A DNA stretch of 63,921 nucleotides, the filler included, from Reticulomyxa filosa (Eukaryota > Protista > Foraminifera), in assembly GCA_000512085.1 (NCBI GenBank). It is 23 parts of 23 records of this genome, joined end to end, with 100 filler letters (N's around TTAATTAATTAA, not from the genome) between each part and the next. Parts side by side here need not be neighbours in the genome. Positions count along the whole stretch, not along the records: positions 50,877 to 52,014 come from ASPP01020475.1; positions 52,115 to 54,716 come from ASPP01010222.1; positions 54,817 to 56,351 come from ASPP01027388.1; positions 56,452 to 57,913 come from ASPP01002058.1; positions 58,014 to 63,921 come from ASPP01023692.1; 18 more parts are not named here. One strand, given 5' to 3'. The translations under genes were made by a program, and so were the position numbers. Shown here piece by piece: positions 50,877 to 63,921 of this stretch (position 1 is its first letter; each line of letters opens with the position of its first letter). Under the pieces are notes generated by a model. It was not told the origin of the DNA. It saw only the letters and a list, made by a program, of their open reading frames with translations, and searched no databases.

Positions 50877-51225
50877 AAAAAAAAAAATTTTACGGCACAT
50901 AAACAAATACAAAACACACGCTGCTAACATTTTGTTGTGCAGACGAGAAGATAAAGTGCCAATGAACTCACAAGCCGAGGCTCGGTAATGTTTTTCTAAT
51001 TCTATGGAGATACCATCACGCCGGGAGGGACTATTGACAAACATATCCCACGTCAACTCCAGTACCGGATTCATTGGAATATTGAGATGAAAAAAATATT
51101 TGAACTTTTATGTCAGTCAATGAAAGTGGTTGTTGGCAATACTTTGATGAACAATGTTTGTAACTTCTTTTCATGATAATTCGCAAATTCTTCTTTCTTG
51201 TCTTAGATTGGATTACATTATTCAA
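50877..51225 (-). pseudogene. Helical-repeat family fragment
   Basis: YRASACEFIGTLSSRL resembles the HEAT-like repeats of 14536..15118. Confidence 0.3.
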
Positions 51226-53548
51226 ATTTGATAGAACAAAAAAACTTTTTTATAATATTTTTACACGATTTTACAATGCCACGAGATTTTTTTCTAAATA
51301 CGATTTTAGTTGGAGATCTTAGGATATCGAAAAGCTTCAGCTTTTAAACTTCCCGAAGATAGTTCAATACTTTTAGTAAATTTACGTTGATACTGCTTTA
51401 AGTTATACAATATAGTACAAATATATTCGACATGGAGAAAAAAAGACAATGTAAAGTAGAACAAAAAAGAAAAAATATATTATTGCCCTTGACATATATT
51501 ATCATCTACATCATAGCCATTGTACCTGTAACTAATGACAAATTGATTGAAACAGTTTGAGTATACATGTTATTGTACATTTTGCAATTTGTATTTGCAT
51601 TTATGTTTATATTTTTATTGGAACTTCACTAATATTTGTTTTTGAATTTGAAAAATGATTATTTAATACATACTTTTGTATGTTTCTTAAGCCAGATTAA
51701 TTTGATTTATTCTGATTGTGTTTGTTTTGGAAAGACTATTTAAATACTTCACTTTCCGTTTTGTTTATCAAAAAATATCTTTTTTGAGTTTGTTTGAAAG
51801 AAAACAAAAAATTTATTTGATTAAAAAAAGAAAGTTGACACCTAAAATGCCATCTTATAGAGATGATTATGTTTCTCCATGAAAAAATAACATTTAATCA
51901 AAATTTTTTTAAAAATACAATATGTTGCAAAGAAAACTGAACGCCTAAAACGATATCATATGATGATAATTGATTTTCTAAATGAAAAATCAACATTTAG
52001 ACCTAATTTTTTTTNNNNNNNNNNNNNNNNNNNNNNNNNNNNNNNNNNNNNNNNNNNNTTAATTAATTAANNNNNNNNNNNNNNNNNNNNNNNNNNNNNN
52101 NNNNNNNNNNNNNNAAACTTCCTACTTTGACATCCTATCTGTTTTATTGTACGAAAAATAATAATAATCTTTTGTAACATTTACTTTACTGATTTATATT
52201 ATCTACATTCATTGTGATTATTCATTATTTACATTTTTTTTTTCAAATAATTATATCCTTTTTGTTATCATATAATATCAATATTTTTATTGTGTACTTT
52301 TTTTCTAAGATCAAATATTTTTACATCAAACAAGTACCTGCAAGTTCGCGACAGTCAATTATTTATTATAAAGTATTCGCAGAATTCACGAGTTTGTGGT
52401 ATCAATTTCAACATAAAACAACGTAAATATACTTTATTTTATTTTTTTTACAAAGGGACACTTTAACCATTTGAATCACACACAATTAATAAAAAGCGAA
52501 TAGATGAAGGAGTAATACAGAATTTAGACATGAATAAAAAAATGTTTTTTTAAAATTCAAACTGATCACATCGTATCACTAACAATAACTAACAAAACAA
52601 TCGCAAACAGAAATATTCCAACATTGAAGGAGGCATATGTGTCAGAAATTTCAAAATAATTATCAAGATTTATCGCTAATAACACAAATACATTTTTTAC
52701 ATAGAACACAAAATCATATTTTTTTGATTTTATTTTAGGCTATGTTTGGTTTGAAACAATTTGTATTTTTCGTTTATTGTTGTATTCCTTTTGAGATTTA
52801 GTGCTTCTGCTTGGAAAATCACTGTTTCTAAAAAAATATCCTTTACAACATATGCACTAATATCACATAATTTTTAGCATATGCACATATTTTATGAGAT
52901 TTAAGAAACTCAAACTCATTAAACAGAGCAATGACACTGTTTGCTATCGTTTGTTACTATTTTTGATCATTGGTAATGTTGAGTGTGCAACTCACTTTCA
53001 GTCTTTTTTTGAAAAAATCTGATATCAGACAAATTTGATCAAACAATTTTTTGTTGGATGACAGAAAATAACATTATGTTTCCTTATTGATAATTCTCTA
53101 AAATATTTTTAATGCAATGTATGTCTGCAGATTGAGAATAAATTATTTGTTAAAAATTAAAGATTAAAGAATGAAGACGATATAAAAAAATTGTTAATAA
53201 TTTTTGTTGGAGAATATTTTTTAAAATGTTTATGTTTTTATTTTTGTGCATTTGCTTGTCTTATATTGTAGGAAACAAAGTTTGAAATTAGTCTGAGAAA
53301 TAATAGCATAACTGGTGAATTATTCATTGCAAAAACTTTACTATAATAACAATAATTAGAATGAAAAGATTTATTTTGTGGTAAACAAGTAATGTTGCAC
53401 AAAATTATTATTTCAAAGTATATATTATTAGAAAGACGAACAATAGCTATGCTTTAGCAAATAAACTACCCAAATTCGATTAAAAATGTGTTTTCTGTAA
53501 GACTCTCTAGGCGTAAGTACTACAACGTTTTAACGAAATGGGGTATCT

Positions 53549-54598
53549 ATGAGTTGTAAACATTTGAAAATGTCCAGACAATCCACCACAATTTTTTGCC
53601 AATTATGGTCTGTCATTCTCTGTCTGGTGGTATTAGTACAAACCATAAATATCTTTTTTGTCCCGTCACAAGGCGTTACAACAATACCCAAGTTGGTTTT
53701 TGTGATACCTTACACAAATGACACATCGAAATCACTTGGACAGCTTTTTTTCTCTAACTTTAAATTGTATTCATATAGTTTGAATGTTAGTAAGAATAGT
53801 TTGAATATGTCATTAGCACCGAGCCAAGCAAGCAGTGAAATAGCAAAAGACAATAATGAAAGCAAAAAAGCTCGGAACTTGAAAACCTATAATGATTTAT
53901 TTAAATCTCCTGATGGTATCATTTATGGAAATCCTCTGACCTATCCTGAATGTGCCAACGCGTTAATGAATGCTTATGAACGTATTGGAAAAATCCCACC
54001 AAAGTCCGAGATTTTGGCTCATTTCGATGATTTTTATAAAAAGAACCAACTACGCGATCGCGGCAAAAAGAAGCCGACCAATATACCTCCAGAGCTATGG
54101 ACAAAGGAAGCATTGTCAGCGATGATGGACGAGCAAGGTTACCATAACTTGTACTTGCATACCGGGTTCAAGGGTACTTTTGATCCGTTGTATTCATCGA
54201 ATAGTACCAATCCAAAAGCGGCTTATTTACAAATTGGTAAAGCTATTTTTTTTTATTTTTTTCCTTGCTTCTCTCTTTCTCTCTCTCTCGATAAACAGCT
54301 TTTTTTTTACTCCTTTTTTTTTTTGAATTTGCATTCAAAAGGAAAATGCGCAACATCCTCAGTGGTTAGCATGTTGAACATGCACAACAACAAGCCCGGG
54401 AAGGAATGGTTTGCAAAGTCCTTCCATATCAATCGGTTCTCGCGGATAACGAGCATCAAGTACGAAGCAGATTGTTCCTTCACATTCGTAAGGGATCCCC
54501 TTTCGCGCCTGGTTAGTGCCTACTACACAATCAATTTGTTCTTGTGGAGGAACAAGATGGAATTGGCTCGCGGAAACACTCGAGGAGCTGGTCTGTAA
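53549..54598 (+). CDS. Golgi-type (Sulfotransfer_2) carbohydrate sulfotransferase, 3'-partial
   Basis: N-terminal TM segment, 5'-PSB motif YLQI|GKCATSS and 3'-PB motif FTFVRDPLSRLVSAY. In-frame intron at 54237-54341. Confidence 0.88.
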   Translation: MSCKHLKMSRQSTTIFCQLWSVILCLVVLVQTINIFFVPSQGVTTIPKLVFVIPYTNDTSKSLGQLFFSNFKLYSYSLNVSKNSLNMSLAPSQASSEIAKDNNESKKARNLKTYNDLFKSPDGIIYGNPLTYPECANALMNAYERIGKIPPKSEILAHFDDFYKKNQLRDRGKKKPTNIPPELWTKEALSAMMDEQGYHNLYLHTGFKGTFDPLYSSNSTNPKAAYLQIGKAIFFYFFPCFSLSLSLDKQLFFYSFFFLNLHSKGKCATSSVVSMLNMHNNKPGKEWFAKSFHINRFSRITSIKYEADCSFTFVRDPLSRLVSAYYTINLFLWRNKMELARGNTRGAGL

Positions 54599-54676
54599 TG
54601 TACGACATCGCACATACATATATATACGTATACACACAAAATCTTTTTTTTTAAAAGTTTTAAAGGCGAGTGGTCT

Positions 54677-54716
<40 letters not shown>

Positions 54717-54904
54717 NNNNNNNNNNNNNNNNNNNNNNNNNNNNNNNNNNNNNNNNNNNNTTAATTAATTAANNNNNNNNNNNNNNNNNNNNNNNNNNNN
54801 NNNNNNNNNNNNNNNNTAATAATAATAATAATAATATTAATAATAATAATAATAATAATGATAATGACAATAGCAATAGCAATAGCAATGGTAATGAAAA
54901 TGAT

Positions 54905-55951
54905 ATGGAAGATACAAAGAAAAATCTCGATCCCAAAGGCAATCACTTCTTCGTACATACGCCTGCAAGAGATCGCAAAAAATGCGAGTCGCCTTGCTCC
55001 ACCATTTCGCTCAGCGCGAAAGAAGAATCTTTCTCTTTGAATCACAGCATCATTTCCACCACTGTCATGCTCCCATCTGTGTCGCCTTCTCCCATGATAG
55101 CAAGCGTTTCGTGCTTTGATCGCGATGAACGTGGCAATGAAGATATCAACAATGGAAAAGAAGAAGAGGAGGAGGAAGACGAAGAAGAAGATGAAGACGA
55201 AGAGGAAGAAGAAGAAGAAGAAGAAGAAGAGGAAGGAGAAGAAGAAGAAGAAGAAGACGATGATGACGATGATGAAGAAAGTGCATCAACAAGAAGAACA
55301 GTGGAGGAAATAATAGCCTCTCCCTCTTGTTCGCCACTGTTGACAGCGTCAACGGCGACAACGACAATAACGACGGGGAGAAAGGACAGTGATTTCAGCT
55401 ATTGTGACAAGGGGGAGCATCTGAACAACAATATTCAAATCCAGCTGAAGGAGCGGATGCAAATGCAGCAGAGGGTGCAAGACCCTATCACTCCAATCTC
55501 TCACGACGTATCCCCACAAGTCACGTGTCAAAAAATGCTGACATTACATTGTGACGACCATCAAAAGAAACTCATCGACTCATTTTGCAAGTTGGACGTC
55601 TCCAAAATTTCTTCTCAACGCATTTGCCAGTTTCTTATTGGAAATCACAAAATCCAACAAAACGACTTTTGGCCTGTCATTTTGCCGTTATTATTTGTCG
55701 CGACTTTTTTTTTTAATAAATAAACAAATAACACATACGTATATATTCTTATATATATGTATATACGTATACATTGGAACAGATTGAACCAGTTTAAAAT
55801 GAGCCAAAAGAAAAGATGCCAAGGATTTTGTAAAAGAAATTTCCATAAAAATTGGTTGGACTCAGAATGCTCCCCGAACAGAAACACCATTTATCAATGT
55901 TTACTAACTGACGTAAACGTTCAAGGTCAAACGAATAACATTATCCAATAA
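54905..55951 (+). CDS. Hypothetical protein with a long poly-Glu/Asp tract
   Basis: 272-aa ORF with a (GAA)n acidic run, and a probable further exon at about 55783-55951. Confidence 0.6.
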
Positions 55952-56957
55952 TTTTTTAAAAACTATTAAAAAAAAAAAAATTTATTTTAACTTATTTGCA
56001 AATAATTGCGTCATCAAATAACTAACGTTTTTCTTTTTTTTTTCCTCTCTCTAATTTTTTTTTTCAAAGGCCACACTTCACATCTTGCCAACTTTGTATT
56101 TTTATATCTGCTTTTTTTTGTGTGTACTTTTTTTTTCTTTTATTTTGTTTGAGTGAATCATTCTGCTCAATCTACATGCAGGTGATTTGACATAAAAAAG
56201 TTTTTTAATTTGAGTGTGTTTTTTTCTTTTTTTATGACATTTGAAAAAAAAAGGCATTCTTTTAAAAAATTATTTTTAAAGATATTGTTTGTCTGTCTTG
56301 TCTTGGGTTGTATCCATTTGCAGCTGTTGAAATGCCATTGCAAAAAAAAAANNNNNNNNNNNNNNNNNNNNNNNNNNNNNNNNNNNNNNNNNNNNTTAAT
56401 TAATTAANNNNNNNNNNNNNNNNNNNNNNNNNNNNNNNNNNNNNNNNNNNNTACTGTATACGGATTATTAATAATTCTATGTTCCAGGCTGTGTATCATA
56501 ATGAATCTTCGTCACAGTTGATATTTGGATTGCACAACATAAGGTCAGTGCTACATATTAATATTTTATATTAAATTAAAAAGATGAAATTTTATTTTTT
56601 TTGAAAAAAAAACATCAAATGAAAACAGTTAAAATACTTGCTTTCTAATAAAGTTTCGTTTTCTCTTGTTGATCTTGCAGGTGCAGCAACTGATATTTTT
56701 ATAGTTAATTTTAAATTTTCCACAATCAACTTTAATTATTCTTTCTGAAGTTTGCCTCGGCAATAAACAAAAGTGATGTGCTAAGAGCTGTGTATTAGTC
56801 AAATTAAAAATATAAAGACTGGGCTCTATTATTGGAATAAAATTATTGTTTCTTCTTTTAAGGACCACATTTAAGGTTTTATCAAATAAAATATTATAAG
56901 TTTCGGAGCTTCTAATGTTTTTATTCAAGAGTAGCAGGTGCCTTCGACAGAGGGAGG

Positions 56958-57913
56958 ATGGAAACAGAATTAAAAAAGATGATTATTGTACAAATATTTG
57001 CTTTTACTTTTCTTTGTTGCAGCGCCGCAACAGATTATCCAAATATTTTATTGCTTTTTGCAGATGATTTGGGATATGGAGATTTGCAGTCGTACGGACA
57101 CCCAACGTCGTTGACCCCAAATATAGTTGAGTTGCAAAAAAAAAAAAAAAAAAAAAGGCCTCACTGTATTTACGTTATGTATATAACATTTTTAAAAATG
57201 ATGTTAGGATTTATTGGCTTCAGAAGGGACTCGCTTTACGGATTTTTATTCAGGATCACCACTTTGTTCACCGTCACGAGCAGCGTTGTTGACAGGTCGT
57301 TCACCACCGAGGACAGGAATTTGGCCAGGTGTGTTTGTCCAAGCATCGACTGGAGGATTGCCATTATCAGAGATCACAATAGCCGAGGTGTTAAAAACAA
57401 ATCCAATTCCTTATCATACTGGAGTTATTGGCAAATGGTGTGTGTGTGTGTGTGTGTATGGTGTATACACTATCTCGTGTTCCTCTCCTCCTCCCCTCCC
57501 CGTCCCCCCCCTTTTTTTTTTTAAATCGTTTTGTTTGTCGCTGCATTTTGAAAAGGCATTTAGGGACAGGTGGAGAAGCAGGGACGTATCTTCCGTCACA
57601 GCAAGGTTTTGATTTTTGGACTGGAATTCCGTACAGGTGTGTTTATGTCTTACACTTATATTATCTTATACGACATATATATATTTTGTATACGTAATGA
57701 AAGTACGTTTGAGGGGGGGGGGGGGGAAAAAAAAATCATGATATGCCCAATCCACCTTTTTGTTGGCCTGGGGACTTGGCATGTTACCCAGGAACCCCGA
57801 TGGACCCATGGGCTGATCCAATAGTCGATTCTTATCCAATTACACAATTTGGTGAGACGAGTGAATGGTCTTTTTCAAGCGCAAATAGCAATAATAATAA
57901 TAATAATAATAAT
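56958..57913 (+). CDS. ARSA: Arylsulfatase A-like sulfatase, 3'-partial
   Basis: Signal peptide, [28 protein letters not shown] (formylglycine motif), GKW|HLG and GFD...GIPYS|HDM over four exons. Confidence 0.93.
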
Positions 57914-59792
57914 NNNNNNNNNNNNNNNNNNNNNNNNNNNNNNNNNNNNNNNNNNNNTTAATTAATTAANNNNNNNNNNNNNNNNNNNNNNNNNNNNNNN
58001 NNNNNNNNNNNNNGATATAGAAATATAGATATCATTGATTAAACAGATATTATCCACCATAGAAAAAGTGAGTTATCAGACAATGCCAATGCAAATGCAA
58101 ATGTAAGTGTAAGTGTAAATGATGTGGTAAATCTATCAATCAAATCGACAATATTTCCTCTTTCTAATTATCATTATCATTATCATTATTAGATGACAGT
58201 TTGTCGCACTTCATTCAAAGATTTGATTTTGAATTTGCGGCGTTTCGTGGCAACTTTACACAACCAGACAAATTGGACCACGATGACAACGGTGATGATA
58301 ATGATGGATAAATGGAAGAATATGATAGCGATTATTATTATTATTATTATTATAATTCTGCAATGAAATCATGGAATCAAATCAATGCAGTTGATACAAG
58401 AATAATTTCAATGAATTGAATAATCTCTGAAATATCGACCTGACTTGCTTTGGTAATTATTTTCATAATTAGATATTTTATGATTTACATATATATGTAT
58501 GTTGTTGATAGCTTAATGGTATTACAAAAAATCGAGACGACAAGAAGTAGATCATACGATGGAACAGAACTCAGGAATGGGTTTCATCGAACAAAGAGCA
58601 CTGTCTCGAAATGACGAAATTGAAGAGATTTTAAAGAAAATGAAGCATCAGATGATGTCAACACAAATGACGTGGATACATCCAGCGACATTGATGGAAG
58701 CAAATCTCCAATCAAATCCAAGCCAAGCATTTCCCATGATCACAATATCTCTCCTATTCAATTGGAATTGCACATAATCTTTTAAGCTTAATGCTATCGC
58801 TTTCACTTTTTTCAATAATTCTATTATCTCTTTCATTCATTTTTTTATACATATGTTTTTACATTCACATTCATCTCGTATCTTTTATGAGTTACATATC
58901 TACCAATGACAATGAATATTTATTTGTACAATCATCACTTAACATTGCAAATCATAAATGTCATTTTTCATTTTATTGAATATTTATACATCACTATCTG
59001 CTCCTTCAAATCAAAATATAAAATTATAAATTGGTAATTTGATTAATAATCATGTATTAAGACTAAATAATATGAAATGATTAATTATCTTCTCATTATC
59101 CATTATCAATTGTATAAAACAGTGATATTCAATTCCAAATTTATGTTCCTCTATTGATATTATATCCATCAATCAAATCACTCACTCCTTCTAAATAATT
59201 TTTAAATTTTTCAATATGGATATCTTCATGTTTTATCCCTAGACCAGGATCATATTATTTCAGAATTACAGGTATATATTTTTGCATTTTATTTCACCAC
59301 AAACATATATTTGATATTCCTCATTTCCTTTTAAATGTCCCACACCTGTCATGGAATTCTCTTCATGTATAAATCGAATGCGCTAAATGATGTAAGGATT
59401 TGTTTTTTTGATAAACATAAACATAGATTATCAAACTAGTACTATAAGATATGGTCATAGAAATTAGGTTGCAAAACGTAAAATGTAATTTGAATGATAG
59501 TTTGTCTCAAGTAATTATATTGTGCTACAATGCCATTACAATTTCTATCGAATTCATCTGTAAAAATTTTTCTTAATTGGAATGAAAGTTAATGGTTTTT
59601 TGCTTTCTGTTTTACACGTTTTTTAAAGTTTTTGATAAATAGAAATAAATACCACTTTGAATATTTCAATCCAAATAAAGATGTTGTGTTTTGATACAAA
59701 TTTGCTAAAGTTGCAAATATGGTAGTGAATATGCATATTACAGTGATCTTTTGTTTGAAGTAGCGTAGAAACTGTTGAATAAAAAAAGCAAA

Positions 59793-61731
59793 TTAAATTT
59801 TTAATTTTTTGGTGGTCTTTTTCTTTTTACTTTTTTGTTGTAATTTTTCAAGCTGTTCTCTCCTTCTATTTAATTCTTCTTCAGTTTCAACATCATCATC
59901 AACAGCATTATCAACATTAGCATTTGGGGCAGCAAAAGTAGGAACAGGAACAGGAGCAGGGGCAACAGTTTTGAATGTATTGTTGGCACTTTGTTTGTTT
60001 TTCTGGACATCCGATATTACAACATCGATCACATTTTCATTTTCAAGTACTTGCTCCACAGACTTTTTTTCTTTGGATTTTTCCATTACTTTGTTTTCAT
60101 TTTTGTTTGTGTTCGTGTTTTTATTCGCAGTTGTGTTTACATTTATATTTAAATTGGTGTTTGCATTAATATAATTATTATCTACAATGTCGCTATCATT
60201 TCGATCGATCAATCCTGATTTAAATGTCACTCTCTTTTGCATCCTCTGACCATTGTTTAATTTTTGTTGTTTTGAGCTTGGAATTGTTGGTGACTCTTCA
60301 CTTTTTTTTTTTTTTTTGAAATATATGTACAAAACAATGGCAATATGCTGTGTATCTTCGCAAATATGCAAGAAGAAAATAATAATAATAATAATAGCGA
60401 AGAGAAAAAAATAAAACTAAACATTGGATTGAGAGAATTGGGTCTTTTGGAAGGAGTAGTGGATAGAGAATAGCGATCGTTAGTGGACAGAGTGCGATGA
60501 GCCAAACTGACATCAAAAACATGTTTTGGTGAAGAAAGCTCTGGACTTTGTTGGGACTCGATTACTGGTTTTGATTTTGGTTTATCTTTTTTCCGTTCTT
60601 TGTTTTGGTCTGAAGTACTTTCTACATTGGCATTCCATGGATTCACAAAATTTGATTCTGTTACATTCTCTACATTCGCATTGCGACGTGGTTGCTGTTG
60701 TTGTTGTTGTTGTTGGTGATGGTGTTGCTGTTGCTGCTGTAACTGTGGCTGTGGCTGTGACTGTGACTGTGACTGCTGTTGATATCGATATTCCGAAGAT
60801 AAGTCCTCCATTGTTTGCTTATATAATTGTGCACTGGTCATTTTCAAATTCATTCGCATTGTTGGTGCTATTTTATTTTCATTGCCTCGATGCTTATTTC
60901 CATTGTTATTATTATTGTTATTATTAATTGCTGCATTGTTGGATTTCGATTCACATTCCACATTTTTTCGCAATTCTGGATCCAATCGACAGGCCAATTC
61001 ATTTGTCATTCTCCTTTTATTTTTGTTTGTTGCATTTCAATCGATGCAAAATGCAAAATGAAAAAACGCAAAAAAAAAAAAAAAAAAAAAAACATGAGTG
61101 GCAAAATGAATTGCTCTTTCAATAAAATAGCCTGTTCTTCTTGTGTCCCAATGGAAACAAATTCGAAGAACCATTCAAACGGCACTATTTGAATTATCAT
61201 CGAGCATTTCAGCTTTCTATTTTTTTTTTTTTTTTTTTGTAAAATCACAATTAAAAAAAAAGAAAGGATGAAATTTATGTTCGATGACGTAGCATAGCTT
61301 AACAAAAGAGAATAATTGCTGCCCGAAAATGTTATGGATTTGAAATGGTCTTTTGCTGAAACAATATCACTTGATACCATTTTATACAATTGGTGATTGA
61401 TATGACGGACGCTTTGAAATTTTATATTTCTATTTAATAGTTTGTGTTTCATTTGCATTTCTTGTCCACTTTCATGACTATACCATACATGCACTAAATC
61501 TGTCATCAACAAGCTATAACCATTTTCGTTAAAGTCACATTTTATTTGATAACTTTCACCCTTCTTTTCTTCATTTTCATTTGCCTTTTTCTCACTCGCT
61601 TTCACTCCTTTCACTTCGTCGCAATACAATGGTTCCCAGGGAATGCTTTTCAGTTCCAACGGAATTTCTATTGATCCATGATGTTCGTTTAATACTGAAT
61701 CATCCAAGGACAAAGCGTCAGTTGAGTCCAT
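59793..61731 (-). CDS. NHEJ1: XLF/Cernunnos/Nej1-like NHEJ factor
   Basis: Head domain PWEPL...YQIKCDF..NGYSLLMTDLVHVW...LN...PFEWFFEF...QFILPLM, a long disordered tail and a basic C-terminus KSKKKKTTKKLKI*. About four exons. Confidence 0.75.
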
Positions 61732-62931
61732 TTTTTGTTAAATCAATCTTTCTTATACAGTAATAAAAAATTGTTGTTCTGTATTTCTTTAAAAAAATTT
61801 TTTTAAGGCAGTTTTTTTCTTCTTGAAATTTAAATGAGAAAATACCACCAATTTCTAAAAATTAACAAAAATATAACCTAAATTGGGGAACAGTGATTTT
61901 TGTAAATTTGTACGATGGGTAAAGTATCAAATAAAAAACCAAAAAGAATACTGATGCATTGAAATCGACTTTTGCTTATTCGAATTAAAATAATTTATCA
62001 TTAAAAAACAAAGTCCAAATGCTATCAGTCACAAACACTTATCATACTAACGTTAATAAAATCACACGTAAATCAATGCAACTTGCACTTCAATTTCAGC
62101 GAAAAAGAAAACAGGTTTGTCTGAAAAAAGGCAAACATATAACATTGAAACAGTTATTTGTGACACTATAAAAATGTATGCATATGCATTGACGACATTT
62201 TAACATGAAAGAAAGTTAAAATGGCTCACACATGCAATCTCTTCTTGCGAGACAAAAATGTATTGAAAGGCAAAGAAGAGTTTAGTGATTGATTTTGCCT
62301 CAACAAAAAAAAAAACAATTGCATTTTGTTTTTCATTTCTGAAAATAACATTCGCAATTGTTCGGAACGAATGAGGCTGTTTATTTTGCTTTGTGCTGTA
62401 AAAATACCTGTTTTGGTGTAGGAATGCGAAATGTACGTTTTTGCGTTGTTGCGAAATTGCAAGCCAATAAAAATGACAATTATTCCATTAGTTCATTTGC
62501 CTAATTCAAAGCAAGAGAAAATGGCAAACTGTAACTGTCCAAGAAAATTAAAATGTTTGCCTTCCAAGCTTTTTTACTTTAAAGGATTTTTTAATTATAC
62601 CCCTTAAAATCGTGCCAATCGTCTACAGGATAATTTGAACACTTTAACAAGCCAATCTTAACACAACAACAGAGTACCAAAATGAATAAAGATAAAGATA
62701 GTGCTTTTTTTTGAAAAGGTCAATTTTACTTACCTTTTTAAAATGACATAATAGTTATTCTGTGAGACACATTCAACTTACAAAAATGGGACATATTTTA
62801 ATTACAGTGAACCCACTAAACAAACAAATTAACTAAAAGATACAACACTATTATTTTCTAAAGACTGTTTTAAAAATTTTTTTGCTATGATTTTTTTTTT
62901 GAAAGGAGAAGGAGAGTATGAGACGAACAAA

Positions 62932-63921
62932 TTAAGTGGAAGATATTTTATTTTTCCATTGTTGGTGTTGTTTTCCAACACAGCCATTACACTTCCACCC
63001 ACTTTCCCGTAGTGTCATATTTTCACTTTTATGCCTATATTTCAAAAAAAAAAAAAATCTTTGCAAAGTGAAGATAAAGAGGTAGTAGGTATGCAGAATA
63101 ATCACATAGCACACTTAACTGGCCACAATACCATTTCCCGCAGACAATGCACCAATTGGCCTTGTCATCTTGTACAAGGATCAAATTGCAAATGCGACAA
63201 CCCGGATTTGTGTTGTATGGACCTAGCTATAGTTCAGCAAAGAAAAGGACATAAAAAAAAAAACATGCAAAAAAAAGGGAGAAGGAGGACATTAGGAGGG
63301 AAAGTTAGAGGAAGGGGAAGGAAGGAAAAAAAAAAAAAAAGAAAGCCACAAAAAGACAAAACTTGATCCAAAGGAATGTCCTCATCATCAGAATGGTCGA
63401 TTTCATCTGGTTGCTCATCACTGACAGTGCCATTGTCAACACTTCCGGAGGAAAGTCGTTTATTTTTCCTCCATTTTTCAACTGGCGAATATCGAAATAA
63501 AGAGGATCTTTGAGCCTTGGAACGGGCGACAGGAGACGAAGAGAGAGTCGAGGATTTGAGTAATTGATCGCTGTTGCGTGAGACAACAGCATGTGAGGAT
63601 CCTCCTTTGGTCTGACCATACATGCGTTTAAAGGTATCTTTTAGCCAACGATACCCTTTTTTGATCGCCACTGCGTCAAAGGCACAGCAAGGCAAGACAC
63701 AATACGATCGGTTGTCCAGCAACTGGTGCAACTGCAACGTGTCAACAATCTCTTTCTCAGTCATTACACCTTGCAAATCTTGCTTGTTACAATAGAGCAG
63801 CACCACTACCGAGTCATGTGTCCGTTGTAACATGTCTCGCAACATATCCTCCACTGTGTCCAACGTATTGATCGTTGTTGTTGGTGTTGTTGGTGTTGTT
63901 GTTGTTGTTGTTGTTGTTGTT
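62932..63921 (-). CDS. ARF/ARL-family GTPase C-terminal half fused to a Cys7His zinc finger, 5'-partial
   Basis: VLLYCNKQDL (G4) and VLPCCA...IKKGYRWL (G5 and last helix). Spliced exons 63226-63120 and 63034-62932 give CRIC-x11-CIVC-x4-CGQH-x12-CNGC. Confidence 0.75.

Noticed and set aside
53549-57913. Sulfotransferase plus arylsulfatase as a sulfation gene cluster
   Set aside because: They are on different contigs separated by two spacers, so the proximity is an artefact.
2222-58013. Regularly recurring TTAATTAATTAA palindrome as a biological repeat or array
   Set aside because: It is always centred in exactly 44+44 Ns, which marks an artificial six-frame-stop linker.
58014-59400. Low-complexity coding-like remnants on both strands
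   Set aside because: No coherent gene model could be built.

Overview
This window is not contiguous DNA. It is 23 short AT-rich eukaryotic contigs joined by 22 identical artificial 100-bp spacers (N44-TTAATTAATTAA-N44), so adjacency across spacers has no biological meaning. GT-AG introns, poly-N/Q/E tracts, and expanded RING/TRAF-WD40, NACHT-HEAT and coiled-coil families with many decayed copies point to a foraminiferan such as Reticulomyxa filosa (inference from family signatures recalled from memory). Recognisable genes are: a phosphonoacetate hydrolase (PhnA)-like protein, an MDH fragment, a membrane-anchored TTLL/ATP-grasp-like protein, a NACHT-HEAT pseudogene, a RING/TRAF-WD40 protein, an RNF213-like C-terminus, a PKB/S6K-like AGC kinase, YIP1, a CK1/TTBK-like kinase, a UBA+ubiquitin-like protein, an RNase H retroelement relic, a sulfotransferase, an arylsulfatase, XLF/NHEJ1 and an ARF-family GTPase with a C-terminal zinc finger. 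Many ORF breaks are 1-nt indels in homopolymers and are probably sequencing errors. I see no multi-gene system. The best leads are single-gene oddities: two apparent pseudoenzymes (PhnA-like and TTLL-like), an ARF plus FYVE-like fusion, a protein with four F-x4-(G/Q)R-x-(P/A) repeats, and an RT-less knuckle-RNase H element. All homology calls were made by eye, without searches.
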